From Eledone cirrhosa (taxonomy: Eukaryota), in NCBI GenBank assembly GCA_964016885.1, contig OZ024743.1, forward strand, positions 347,262,001 through 347,326,000: 64,000 bases of DNA. Reading direction: 5' to 3'. Below the pieces are notes generated by a model. It searched no databases. It was given only the letters and a program-made list of their open reading frames with translations, and was not told the origin of the DNA. Positions 22,433-35,290 of the stretch are shown here, one piece after another. Made by a program: the position numbers and the translations under genes. The first letter of the stretch is position 1. The number at the start of each line of letters is the position of its first letter.

Positions 22433-24457
22433 TAAGATGATGCATGACATACACTGACTTAGTAGATGGTTAAGATTCAGTCATGGTAGTGAATAAGATA
22501 TGACAAAACTCAATATTTATATACCTTAAGATTGAGACATGAAAACATTTACATATAATACAGAGGGTGCGTGTGAGAAAGCTTAAAAATACATAATAGC
22601 AATTTACATAACTGTTAGAGAATCAAATAATTTAAATTATTGAAGAAAGAAGAAAGAAAGAAGAAAGACAGAGAGGAACAGATGAGGAAAAAATATAGTT
22701 AGTAGAAGTATACAAAGCAAAAGAGAATTGATCAAGGATAGAGAGACAAGGAGGAATAATTTTTATAGTATAAAGCATAGGGAGGGAGATTTGTATTGTC
22801 GTGGATGAATAGGGTGTGATTAGATGATGCAAATATATATATATCTATATAGATACATGAATATACATTTGGGCATAGCTTTGTGAAAGAGTAAACTCGA
22901 ATCTTTGAATTATCTAAAAGTATCCATCAATCTAAATATTAAATATATCTGGGTGTAATTATATGAGGGTTTAATTTCGAGTCCTTAGTTAATTAGAAAT
23001 ATACTAACAATTAATTATATACACTATATATATCCAAACGTATCCGGCTGACCGTTAAATTTCGAATCATTTATGTTAGTTCAAAATAATGAATTAATCT
23101 AAAGCTATAAAAGTGTATAAATATCTATATTAATATTAAAGTATACTAATATATTTAATTTATAAAATCATATTTAAAGTATTTGCAAACATGAGAAAGA
23201 AGAGACTTAGTATTTTCATCCACACGAAGGTAATCCATATTAAATTATAATATCTTATATTATATTAAAAAAAATTTTTTATATTAAAATAATAATTATA
23301 ATTATATACTTTAGATAATAATTACAGTTATCACTTTAACATTTAAAATTAACAATTAGAATGCCCTAAACTATCTAAAGGCCTTATAATTAAACTTAAA
23401 AAAGGTATTATTAAATTAGATATACGCATTTGTCTAAATATATACAAAGAGTATATTGTCTAAAGTTCAAGACGATATTAGTCAGCTATACATAACATAA
23501 TATAATATAATATAATAAATAAGTACTGTTAATATTGTTAAAATTAAGGTTTTAGATCAATTATTATATTAGGATCATGTAATACATATATACTATAAAT
23601 ATACAAATCAAACTTCATGAATCATAAGGATACGAACCAGATTCAAAGTAAAAAAAGTAAATTGCTTACGATCATAAAAGTGCCAAATATCTAATCTATA
23701 TAATTTTAAAATATAAGAACATTTTTTTTTAAGGATCTATATTGTAGTATAATATCATATTTAAAATGTCTGCAAACATGAGAAAGGTAAAACTTAAGAT
23801 TTTCATTGACCCGAAAGTAATCCGAATTTAATTAAATTAAAAAATAATAATCGTTATATAATTTAGAAAATATTAAACAATTATAACACTAGAATGTCCT
23901 TAAGTATCTAAAGTACTTATAAATGTAGCTAGAAGCATGTTATTATACTAGATATTCACATTTGTCCAAATATATAAATAGTATTCTGTTCGGAACTCAA
24001 TACAATATTAGTGATCCATATACATATAATAAACAATAAATACAATCATTGTTAGTAAAGTTATAATTGAAGTTTTACATCAAGTTATGTGGAAAAAGTT
24101 TGTCGACTAGGATCGTGTGCGACGCATATAACATAAATATATATAAATAAATATAAATATATAAGTCAAACATCCTGAATCTTAAAACTAACATACTCCA
24201 AAAGAATAAATACATAAATACATAAATGCATGAATGGTTTACAGTTCATTATAACTGTTAACCATATAAGCTATATATTTAAAAAAATACAAGAATGAAT
24301 TTTTAAACTTTCTCACACGCACCCACTGTATTTTATGTAAATTTTTTTCATATCTCAATGTTAAGGTATATAAATATTGAGTTTTGTCATATCTTATTCA
24401 CTACCATGACTGAATCTTAACCATCTACTAAGACAGAGTATGTCATGCATCATCTTA

Positions 24458-24520
24458 TTTTATCTGATGAGGACGTACTGTTGAAGATAGCTCAGTACCT
24501 CTGAAATATGTATAATAAAA
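24458..24520 (+). ncRNA. Type I hammerhead ribozyme
   Basis: TTTTAT-CTGATGA-GGAC-GTACTG-(12 nt)-CAGTAC-CTCT-GAAAT-ATGT-ATA-ATAAAA; predicted AUA cleavage after 24514. Confidence 0.85.
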
Positions 24521-24660
24521 TATACTTGATCACACGAATGTCTATTATTGTTAATATTTAGAATTAATATTAATAACTCCGGAAAACCATAACTGTTGAG
24601 TGCTTCCAATCTATTGTAAAACACATTCTTTGATTCATTCATTGAAACTTGTTTAACCTT

Positions 24661-24867
<207 letters not shown>

Positions 24868-25033
24868 GTTATTAACTAATATCGATACATACCCTGCAAT
24901 TAACAAGCTCAAACTATAAATACTGAGCATTATAATATTAATATATGTAGAAATACACACAGTAAGATACAAGATTTCCTATACATACCGGTTTCATCTA
25001 TCGGACAGACTATATATTTAATCTGTTTCGCCC

Positions 25034-25104
<71 letters not shown>

Positions 25105-25317
25105 GAATAAATGAACAGAGAACAAAAACAGAGAGGCTGTACAAATGATATTTTGGTTTTTAGTTTCGCTTGAGAGTGGGGGGTAAGGGACATATATTTT
25201 GCTGTCTTAAAACCTTTTCTTGCAGTGAGTTTCTCTCATTTTCTATGAATTCTAATTCACTTCGACCGCAACTCGTTTTTCGAGAAACCTTAGTTTATAT
25301 ACGTATATATATATATA

Positions 25318-26158
25318 ATAAAATATAAAGAAAAATACTGCAGGTAGCACATGGATAACATGTAATAAAATGAGTCCCTCATCAGTGATTTGCCGAAGAT
25401 CATAGATATTTCATTGCATAAAAAATCATATACCTCACGTCGGTGCAATAATAACCAAAATAAGTTATTAGACGCGTAAAGCGAGTGAGACAGGAGAACA
25501 ACAGAGTAAGGCTAACCAGTGGAAAGAAACAAGCTTCAAAAATTATTCTGTTTAGCATAAGCTAGGTGAATATATGAGCGTTTTTAGAACAGACCCGACA
25601 CGAGCGAAGGCTATGAGCGGAGAGAGAAAAATAGCCTTCGTGGTGTACAGGATGAAATGAAGAGAAGAGAGAGAAACAGTGAGTGAGTGAAAGTGTGAGG
25701 AAGAGTTAACTGACATGACAGAGGGGGAGAAACAGAGAGAATGGGGGAACAGTAAGAGAGAGAGAAAAAAACACAGAATCGCAGTGGTAAATATATGTAA
25801 TAAAATATAGAGAAAAATACTCCAGGTAGCACATGGATAACATGTAATAAAATGAGTCCCTCATCTGTGATTTGCCGAAGATCATAGATATTTCATTGCA
25901 TTAAAAATCATATACCTCACGTCGGTGCAATAATAACCAAAATAAGTTATTAGGACAATTAAAACGCGTAAAGCGAGTGAGAGAGGAGAACAACAGAGTA
26001 AGGCTAACCAGGGGAAAGAAACAAGCTTCAAAAATTATTCTGTTTAGCATAAGCTAGGTGAATATATGAGCGCTTTTAGAACAGACCCGAGACGAGCGAA
26101 GGCTATGAGCGGAGAGAGAAAAATAGCCTTCGTGGTGTACAGGATGAAATGAAGAGAA

Positions 26159-26160
<2 letters not shown>
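25318..26160. repeat. Direct duplication (about 340-360-bp units, about 480-bp period)
   Basis: 25318-25660 and 25800-26160 are nearly identical (CAGGTAGCACATGGATAAC...CGTGGTGTACAGGATGAAATGAAGAGAAG); flanked by (TA)n. Confidence 0.9.
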
Positions 26161-26196
<36 letters not shown>

Positions 26197-26214
26197 TTAC
26201 TTCGCATTCTCCTA

Positions 26215-26330
<116 letters not shown>

Positions 26331-26370
26331 AGAATGCGAAGTAATTTCAGATGTTAAAGTCTTTTATTGA

Positions 26371-26452
26371 TAAGGTTGTGATACATATTTCGATCACGAT
26401 AGCCGCCACGCGATTCTGCGTACCCAGTGCCCTGATATCATCAGACAGCTTA
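26371..26452 (-). ncRNA. Type I hammerhead ribozyme with extended stem II
   Basis: Minus strand reads TAAGCTGT-CTGATGA-TATCA-(about 36 nt)-TGATC-GAAAT-ATGT-ATC-ACAACCTTA; AATAAA follows. Confidence 0.75.
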
Positions 26453-27011
26453 CATAATAAGGTGACGATAATAAGGCAATCGAAATTGAAAGGACAAGGG
26501 AACGTACAAAGGTGATTTTATTGAAGCCTTCGCCCGCACCCTCGTACATATATATATATTGGTTAAGAGAAACAAGGAATAGGCAGAGGTGTCCCGGATG
26601 GGGGTCGTTGATGAGTGTGGGAGTGAAGGAGTTGATGAAGATTAAAAGGAATTAAAGCATATATATGAGGCATTAGTTAGTAAGGGTGAATAAAACCACT
26701 ATATGTTATGTTTCATTACTGCACTATGGCTTGAAAACAGCTACAAGGATATGGTCCGAACGAGGGAGAGCCGAACTCCCACTGTCATCGCCTCCATCTC
26801 TCTCGCACTGCCCATCTCTCCGTATGGTGAGCAAATGGGGTCCCACGCGTTGGCCTCCCCACAGTTCGGGCGGACAGAATGGAGAAGGCGTTTCCCCGGA
26901 GGATGATAAGAGAGATGATTGTGATTGAATGGAATTGGGAGAGAGGAAAAACGGTAATGCTGCAATGAGTTTCTCCTACTACGATGAAATGAGAATATAT
27001 CTATATGTATG

Positions 27012-27110
<99 letters not shown>

Positions 27111-27884
27111 GAGGGAGAGATAGAGAGATAGGGGGGGGTGGGGGGGGGGGGTAAGTGAGATTGAGAGGTAAGCAAACAGACAGACAATACATTTCTCAGT
27201 TCATAAACAATGAAACCATATTGCTGGATTTTCGTTCTGCTAATTCTCTTGAAAATGAAAGAAAATATAAACAGCGGAGAATAATTGAGAACAAAACAAA
27301 AAATAAGATGAATTTAAAAGTAAAATTTGCAATAAAGCAAGCATAGAAAGAGGAATTGCCCACACAACATTAAGCACTGTTGTTAATTAATTATATAACT
27401 AATATTTTTTGTTGATTTAGTTGTTGTCAGCCCAATGAGAAATGTGTATATAATACGCCTAACCTGTTGTTCTACCTCAGATATGGCGGTGGAAGAAATA
27501 CAGATGTGGATGCTGCTTCTCACTGTATTAACGTACGTGTGGATGTATATAAGACATGTATATACACATATTCATATGCACTCAAATGAAAACACACCCA
27601 GCTACACAAACACACACGTATTCACACACACACAAACACACATATTGTTATATAGTTATATATACAAAATATCATACATCTGTGATGTTTATATATGTAC
27701 AAACACACACACACACACACACATGCACATGCACATGCACATACAGACATACACACATATATATATAATAACATATATATATATATATGGATATATATAC
27801 GGATATATATATATGGATATGTATCTGCATATAAACACACATACGCACATATACACACACACACGCACACACACACACACACAT

Positions 27885-27917
<33 letters not shown>

Positions 27918-28051
27918 CTCATTCATATATAAAGTGAGGCTGAGTGTGAGAGGAATTTATTTAAACACATGTTCCTCATCTGTGAACCATTTCCATCACC
28001 CACCAAAGTTATGGTTCTTCTTCCTCTTCTCCTTCTCTACCTCTCTACAGA

Positions 28052-28131
<80 letters not shown>

Positions 28132-28150
28132 ACACACACACACACACACA

Positions 28151-28247
<97 letters not shown>

Positions 28248-28521
28248 GCACGCTCTCTTTCTATTGCTTTCTTTATCCGCTTTCACTTTATTCTCCTCTC
28301 TATTTCCATATCGCAAAATTTCCTTCTCACTACTGTCAACATATGGCTCACGAATGGCATACTGGGTCTTTGTGTGTGTATATGCGTGCTTGTAGGCTGA
28401 TATGTATATGTACACATATATACATAAATGTATGCGAAAAGTAAATGGAAACAACAAAGCAAAAATCACAGTACTATGAAGAAATATATTACTTTAAGAT
28501 TGTATATAGTAGGAAAAGTGT

Positions 28522-28556
28522 CGTTACGTTTCGGACACTAATCATTCATCAGAAGT
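28522..28556 (-). ncRNA. Degenerate hammerhead-like motif
   Basis: Minus strand CTGATGA-ATGATTAGTGTCC-GAAAC-GTA; core present but stems I and II pair poorly. Confidence 0.4.
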
Positions 28557-28656
28557 GAACATGAGGAATGACAGATGAAATAGAAAGATAAGGAGAAGAT
28601 GAAGGAACGGTAAACATATTTGTTTGAGAAAAAGCATGTGTTTCATTCGGCCATGT

Positions 28657-28729
<73 letters not shown>

Positions 28730-28730
28730 C

Positions 28731-28876
28731 CAAAGAAGAGAAATAGGACGAAGGTAAACAGTTACAAAAGAATTTAATCCATGTATTAACAATTGTTTCA
28801 TCAGAATTTCCCTATACAAATCCTCCCACACCACACTATCTCTTTCTCTTTCTCTCTCTACCTCCCAACCTCCATC

Positions 28877-28937
<61 letters not shown>

Positions 28938-29163
28938 GCCCCTCTCTCTCTCTGTTCCTCTATCTTACACTACTAGCCCTTATTTCATTTCCTAAGGTCA
29001 TTCCAACTCTGTATTTTGAAAATTCGGATGCTACAGTATCTTTCTTGATTGCCTATTATAACATAGTGTAGCAATAATGGACTGAAATTCTGATGAAACA
29101 ATTGTTAATACGTGGATTAAATTCTTTTGTAACTGTTTACCTTCGTCCTATTTCTCTTCTTTG
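28731..29163. repeat. 80-bp inverted repeat (28731-28810 / 29084-29163) overlapping a decayed hammerhead at 29011-29111
   Basis: GTATT-TTGAAAA-TTCGGA...TCTGAT-GAAAC-AATT-GTT-AATAC: stems I and III are intact, and the core has two substitutions. Confidence 0.75.
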
Positions 29164-29291
29164 ATTACTCTCCTCGTTTGTTAGTGTTTCCACTACAGAA
29201 TCCCTACCAACCTGTCGAGTCACCTTAACGTATGTTGAGAACTTTCCTCACAACTTGTTCTACCAAGCTTTGGAATACTCCTAATAACTGA

Positions 29292-29401
<110 letters not shown>

Positions 29402-29441
29402 ATATAAGCAAGTATGTTTTGAAACAGTGAGCGAGTTTGAA

Positions 29442-29643
29442 ATTAGAAAATATATAGCTTTCACCGTATTTTGACTAAAGGAATTTTAGCTTGATAACGG
29501 GGTTTAGAACCCTCAGATAAATGGAAAAAGATGAGTATTGACGTACATGGGAGTCGAACCCACATCTGTGGTTATCGCGATAACCACAGATGTGGGTTCG
29601 ACTCCCATGTACGTCAATACTCATCTTTTTCGGTGAAAGCTAT

Positions 29644-29655
<12 letters not shown>
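29442..29655. repeat. Nested palindrome: perfect 108-bp palindrome 29524-29631 of a tRNA-like 3' half, plus outer 25-bp inverted arms
   Basis: Centre TCG|CGA at 29577/29578. The arm contains a T-arm GTGGG-TTCGACT-CCCAT. The outer arm ATTAGAAAATATATAGCTTTCACCG is mirrored at 29631-29655. Confidence 0.93.
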
Positions 29656-29679
<24 letters not shown>

Positions 29680-29778
29680 CGTGGTTTCTTCAGACAGCAA
29701 AGTTGAGTAAAAGGTAACGTTTCCGATGCAATTATATGTGGATGCTCTTGCCTTGGTTGCCCGGTTTCTTTATCTTTC

Positions 29779-29809
<31 letters not shown>

Positions 29810-30075
29810 CATCTCTGGGATGGACACACGCGTATAACTTGCTGAGTAAGTTCTGTTTAAATTTCTATAGAAATTCTTGTCTGATAACTTTAATTTTTGT
29901 ACCATTTTGTAGAGGGACTGCCAGGTCAAACTTTGATCTGGTCAGTCTCTCAAAATATTCTACGCCTTTAGGCGAAATAGTTAAACAAAAAAAAAAAGTT
30001 TTTTCTTGTTGAAAAGTCAATATTTTTTAAATAGCCGAAGCTTCTTCACCAAAATTCGAAGGAGGAAAGGGGAAG

Positions 30076-31828
30076 ATGAACTTACAGCTTCCCCCTGCCA
30101 CTGTCACAGTAGCAGAGGTCAAGAAGAAAGGTCAGCCAGAGGAAGAATTCTCTCCACCTGTTAACCGACAACTTGACGTTGCCATGGCAACAACCCAAAG
30201 AATCAGCAGCAACAGCAACAACAACAACAATGCGACGGACGAAAACAACACCAATAACAATAACAATAACAACAACAACAACAACAAGACCAATAACGGT
30301 GACAACAACAACAATGATAACAACAACACCACCAACGACAACAACAACACAAACAAACAAAATTTCTCCTTCGCCGAGACGACAAGGAAAACCCTCGACT
30401 ATCTGCCAGTAGATATAACAAAAGCGAAGGAGCTACTGACGGATGCGAAAAAATATATAGTGTACGGGGAAAATGGTTCATTCACAATCCATTCCCCCCC
30501 GGAACTAAAAAGCCAGAGACTCCTAAACACGGTCATGTTTAGGACAATCTCGAACAAAAGTAAAAAACCAGCTCAACCATCACAGAGCGAGATAGAGCTG
30601 GTTTTAAAAGACGTCATGAAGGACATCACCTTCATTCAGAAGGATAGACTCTACGGGAGTCTATCCATTCTCATGAAGGACAGGGACACAGCAGTGAAAC
30701 TGTCCATCAAACCAATCACATCCACCGCATACACCTTCTACCCTACGTACATGGGTAGAAGAACACAAAAAATAAAAATCCACACCATCCTGCCGATTAT
30801 AGACATATGGTGGGTTTTGACAGGTTTTCTGGACCTGGAGGATGACATGCTGGTGTCCATGGGAAAGGCATCGGGTGACGCGTTCAGTGGAACGAGCCTC
30901 GAACTTGTAGTTCAAATGAGGCCCGAAAGGATCGCCCAGATCCCTGAACGCGTCATACTGGATGATCTAACCTTCATCAACATTACCGTTGAGGGTAGAC
31001 GGCCCTCGTGTTACCTCTGCGGAACCAGAGGTCACCTGAGGGCTGTCTGTCCCCAACTTAATAAGAAAACCCCAATCCTGCCTACACCACCAACAACTGC
31101 ACAACCAACACAATCACCACAACTACCACTACAAAAACAACCACCACAGCTCAAACCAAAACAAAACAATGTCCAACCCATCCCCTCCACTCAAAAAACA
31201 AAAACAATTTCCAAAACACCCGTACCGCAAACACAACCCGAAAATATACCCCTCCCTTCCAACGCGGAAGATGACCCTAGTTCGTCGTCAGACGAGGAGG
31301 AGCACTTCCACACAATCAAAAGAAAAAAAAGAAAACACACCTCAGATACACAAATGAAAAAAAAACCCTCCCCAAAACATAACACTGACACCAACACAAA
31401 AGAGCTCACAACAGCAAACAAAAAACACCACACAAAAACAAAAACATGCATACACATACATAAATACAAGAAACAAAAAACTGTTAAACATTGTGTACAA
31501 CAACAATCTAATAAAAACACAAGGGCCTAACTTCACCCAGGCAGGGGATTTCCCCCACCTCAAAATGATTAAGGCTCCACAGGACACCTATAAAACTTTA
31601 AAAAACAATTTTAAAGAGGACGTGGGTCCCCCCTGCGTCGGGCCCATTAACCGCGTCCTCCTAAAAAACTATCCCACCCCCTCCCCAAACACCCACACAA
31701 CTCCAAGCTCCCCAACCACACAACACACTGATGCCCCCACACTTCCACAAACCACCACCCCACCCAACAACCCATCCCCCACCCTAATGGAAATTGTGCA
31801 GCCCGATACCCGGGACGCAGAGAGGTAA
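30076..31828 (+). CDS. Tx1 ORF1 nucleic-acid-binding protein (CCHC knuckle), split by one frameshift near 31420-31490
   Basis: ORF 30076-31530 has CYLCGTRGHLRAVC, an Asn-rich N-terminus and a Pro/Gln-rich linker. It appears to continue in the frame of 31493-31828, ending at TAA 31826-31828. Confidence 0.8.
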
Positions 31829-31852
31829 GTGCCTTTTCTCTTCACCACCAAC

Positions 31853-34800
31853 ATGGCTATGCTAAGAGTAGGCTGTTTAAATGCGCGTGGCCTGGGCTCA
31901 ACTTGGAAGCAAGCAATGCTTCTAAATGACCTCAGGTCACAACGTATAGATGTGATGGTTATTTGCGAGGCCCGGATCAGCAACGTGCGACAGCTGGCCC
32001 CCACCTTTGATGACTTTGAGATGCACGCATCTCTCTGTCAGCCCGGAGGTGGGGGTGGAGTTGTCGTTCTGCTGCAAAAACATCTGGGTCTCGCAACACA
32101 GATGGTACATTTGGACCCGGAGGGTCGACTAGTGGTTCTGGACCTTGGCAGTGGTAAAGGCGGAGCGTTTAGGTTGGTAGCCGCCTACGGCCCTTTCGGG
32201 TCAATGCGGGCGGACTTCTTCCATCGTCTGGAGACTTTTCTGGGGACGTCCCGCTCCTTGCTATTAGTGGGGGACTGGAATGGTATCCTAGATGCACGCT
32301 GGGACTACGTAGGGGCCTGCCCCGATAGAGAGGGGTGTAATAGCCTCAAAGGGTTAATCGGTCGATTTGACCTGGCCGATAGATATCGACTAGATTTTCC
32401 GACTGCGCCAACCTGGACTTGGGCAAATCGTAGCGGATCATCTAGGTCGTACCTAGATAGGTTCTTAGTTAGAATTAAGGATAAGGACTTTTTAAGTTGT
32501 CCAAAAATGCGCATGGTTGGCTATTCAGACCACAAATTAGTGACCTGCATGGTCAACCTTGACAGAACTCATAGACAGGGCCCCGGTTACTGGAAGCTCA
32601 ACTTGTCCTTGCCGGCAAGTAGAGCCTACAGGAATCGGATTAGTACGTTAGTTAAGGAACGGTTGACTGGAGCGATCGTCAACAGCAGGTGGTGGGTATC
32701 TCTAAAGAGAGAGATTAGAGTAGTCTCGATAGAATTTAGTAAGGTTCTAGCTGCGGATAGGAATAGGAAGGAAAGGGAGCTAATAGATAGAGTAGAAGAG
32801 GCAATTAGAAGCGGCGACGTGGCCAGAGTGCTAGCGTCGAGAACGGCTTTGAGCCAGTTTTTCGACGCGAAGCACGAAGGCTGCGTTGTCCGAAGTAAAA
32901 TACGTGCTCTAGGGAACGAGGGGACCAAAGCTGTTAGGTGGGCCCGCGTGACAGAGGCCAACAGTGGAACTAAATCCACCATCCGGTCTTTGCGAGACCT
33001 GGATGGACGGGCGATTCTAGAGCCTAAGCAGATGTGTGAGGCCTTTCAAAGGCACTTTGCCCGACTGTTCGGGAGGGGCGGGGAGCCGGTTGGGAACGCG
33101 GACTTCGGTCCATACCTCGACGGCCTGCCGCGCCTCTCGGACAGGGAGGCGAAGTCCTGCGAGGAGCCGATTTCGGCCGCTGAGATAGAGGACGTGCTGA
33201 GCCAATGCGGCAAACGCAAATCCCCGGGTCTCGATGGTCTTCCTTACGAATTATATCTAGCTATGCCGGACTTGTTCCCCGATCTCCTCGAGGCGGTCTA
33301 CTGCAACTGGCAACAGAACGGGAGAATTCCCTGTACTGTGACCAAGGGCGTAGTCACGCTAGTGAGGAAGGACGAGAACAAGGGGGACGAAATAAGTAAC
33401 TTCAGGCCCATAACACTGCTAAATACAGAGTTACAGATTTTGGCCAAGGTGCTAGCAAAGAGGTTGGCGCTTGTCGTGGGCAACCTGGTGGGAGATGCGC
33501 AGACATGCGCTATCCCGTCCAGGTCCATCCATGACAACCTCCACCTCATGCGATACATCATAGAGAGGGTTGGGAACGAACCCGGCTTTGGTGGGGCTCT
33601 GATCAACTTGGATCAATCTAAGGCGTTCGATAGGGTCGACCATGGTTACCTGGATGCGGTGCTAGCGGCGGCAGGCTTCGGACCCGTTTTCAGAGGCTGG
33701 ATCACTGCTATGCACAGCAGCCGCATCTGCTCTAGGGTCAAGGTGAACGGCAACCTCTCGGAGCCGTTCCAAATCGCGCGGTCCATCCGACAAGGGTGCC
33801 CTCTCTCCTCCCTTCTGTATGTGTTGACTCTCGAGCCACTACTGCGGAAGTTGGAGTTGTTGCAGGGCATCCCCTTGGAACCGGGATTGCGGAAAGCGGT
33901 GTCGGCCTACGCCGATGACGTGACAGTAATGGTGTCGACGGCCTCCGAAATCGAGGCGGTCGGCACCTTACTGGAGGAGTACGAAAGGTTCACAGGGGCT
34001 AAGCTGAACCGGGACAAGTCGATCGGTTTGCAACTCGGCACGTGGAGGGGCAGACCGATGCCCTCCGATAGCGTCGTCGGACGCTGGACGGAGGGCCCGG
34101 TGAAGTTGCTCGGGGTCTGGTTCGGACCGGACCTCCAGGTGGAGAAAAACTGGGCGGAGGTTACGAACAGGGTGTTTGCACTGACCCAGAAGTGGGCCAG
34201 TTGCAAACTATCCCTGAAAGGTCGGGCGGAAGTGGCGAACACCTACATAGCGTCCGTCATCTACTACCGCCTGACCGTAGTGCCCTGCCCAAGGGAAACC
34301 CTCACCAAGATGGAGCGCGCGCTCTTCCAATTCCTTTGGAAGAGGCGGGCTCCTATGGTGAGGAGATCCATCTGCTGTCAACACCCTTCGAAAGGAGGGC
34401 TGGGGATGCCGTGGCTAATGATGCGTAAACACGCATTAAGGCTACGGCACCTCTACGTATTCCTCACCGGACAACCGGTGTGGGCCTCGTTTGTGAGACG
34501 AACCTTTCCCAGACTCGTCTCACTCACCGAGCTGCAATCCTGGGTCAAGCAAAGACCGAGAAAACTGGGCGCCTGGCACACTGAGTGTGCCCAGGCGCTC
34601 ACCGCCCTCTGGCAGGCGGATCCGGTTATCAGTGGAGACTCCACCGCAACATTCTATAGAGGGCTGGTACGCAGCAGGTGCGACGACGCCCTCGGAGAAG
34701 CCCTAGACATGGAGGAGGACGAACTGGCCAGCCTGTTCGGTAGGACATTCAGCCCAGGACCTATGGACAACTTCCAGAAGTCCCTGGCCTGGCAGTGCTA

Positions 34801-35290
34801 CCGAGGGGCTTTACCCGTTCGAGAAAGGCTCTACAGACACGGGCGCCCGGGTAGGGACCCCGCCAAAAAGATCTGTCCCAGATGCGTGTGCGACGAGGAA
34901 ACCGTTGCACACGCATTGGTACACTGCTCGGGCGTAGCCGATCTGTGGGGCTATGTCGAACAACTGCTGTCAAGGGTGGGACCGATCCGGTTGACCACCG
35001 AGTCTATTGTAATGATCAAACCGCCTCCCCCCTTCAAAGATGAAGCAGAGGCGGTGTTTCTGTGCGTAATAGCCATGGCGAAAGAGGTTGTATGGTGGAC
35101 GCGTCTGAAAGGACTGAGGTCAGGCACCTTTCTCTCTGGCCAACAACTGGTCCGTTTCTTCCGATATCATTTCGGAAGAAGGATCAGGATGGAGAGAGAG
35201 GTGCTGCACCCCAGCCGTTTCTATGAAAGATGGGTGAAAGTGGCGAGAATGGCCCGTGTGAATGGGCCTTCACTCTACATCAGACTATAG
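31853..35290 (+). CDS. Tx1 ORF2: APE endonuclease, reverse transcriptase and C-terminal zinc finger (uninterrupted)
   Basis: LNARGL, GDWN, SYLDRF, SDH (APE); SPGLDG, FRPITLLN, LDQSKAFDRV, RQGCPLS, YADD (RT); CPRC..ETVAHALVHC. First ATG at 31853. Confidence 0.95.
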   Translation: MAMLRVGCLNARGLGSTWKQAMLLNDLRSQRIDVMVICEARISNVRQLAPTFDDFEMHASLCQPGGGGGVVVLLQKHLGLATQMVHLDPEGRLVVLDLGSGKGGAFRLVAAYGPFGSMRADFFHRLETFLGTSRSLLLVGDWNGILDARWDYVGACPDREGCNSLKGLIGRFDLADRYRLDFPTAPTWTWANRSGSSRSYLDRFLVRIKDKDFLSCPKMRMVGYSDHKLVTCMVNLDRTHRQGPGYWKLNLSLPASRAYRNRISTLVKERLTGAIVNSRWWVSLKREIRVVSIEFSKVLAADRNRKERELIDRVEEAIRSGDVARVLASRTALSQFFDAKHEGCVVRSKIRALGNEGTKAVRWARVTEANSGTKSTIRSLRDLDGRAILEPKQMCEAFQRHFARLFGRGGEPVGNADFGPYLDGLPRLSDREAKSCEEPISAAEIEDVLSQCGKRKSPGLDGLPYELYLAMPDLFPDLLEAVYCNWQQNGRIPCTVTKGVVTLVRKDENKGDEISNFRPITLLNTELQILAKVLAKRLALVVGNLVGDAQTCAIPSRSIHDNLHLMRYIIERVGNEPGFGGALINLDQSKAFDRVDHGYLDAVLAAAGFGPVFRGWITAMHSSRICSRVKVNGNLSEPFQIARSIRQGCPLSSLLYVLTLEPLLRKLELLQGIPLEPGLRKAVSAYADDVTVMVSTASEIEAVGTLLEEYERFTGAKLNRDKSIGLQLGTWRGRPMPSDSVVGRWTEGPVKLLGVWFGPDLQVEKNWAEVTNRVFALTQKWASCKLSLKGRAEVANTYIASVIYYRLTVVPCPRETLTKMERALFQFLWKRRAPMVRRSICCQHPSKGGLGMPWLMMRKHALRLRHLYVFLTGQPVWASFVRRTFPRLVSLTELQSWVKQRPRKLGAWHTECAQALTALWQADPVISGDSTATFYRGLVRSRCDDALGEALDMEEDELASLFGRTFSPGPMDNFQKSLAWQCYRGALPVRERLYRHGRPGRDPAKKICPRCVCDEETVAHALVHCSGVADLWGYVEQLLSRVGPIRLTTESIVMIKPPPPFKDEAEAVFLCVIAMAKEVVWWTRLKGLRSGTFLSGQQLVRFFRYHFGRRIRMEREVLHPSRFYERWVKVARMARVNGPSLYIRL

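Noticed and set aside
24983-25035. Hammerhead 3' halves (GAAAC-CG-GTA here on the minus strand; GAAAT-ATGT-ATC at 22081-22092)
   Set aside because: The CUGANGA segment is absent, so these are plausible remnants but cannot be called.
25370-25420. Possible type II hammerhead on the minus strand (GAAAT...TGAT/ATCA-CTGATGA)
   Set aside because: Stems II and III do not pair, and the second repeat copy has the core changed.
32305-34973. Antisense and alternative-frame ORFs over Tx1 ORF2 (also over 51738-54740)
   Set aside because: They are by-products of GC-rich coding sequence; their similarity between copies only reflects the sense-strand homology.
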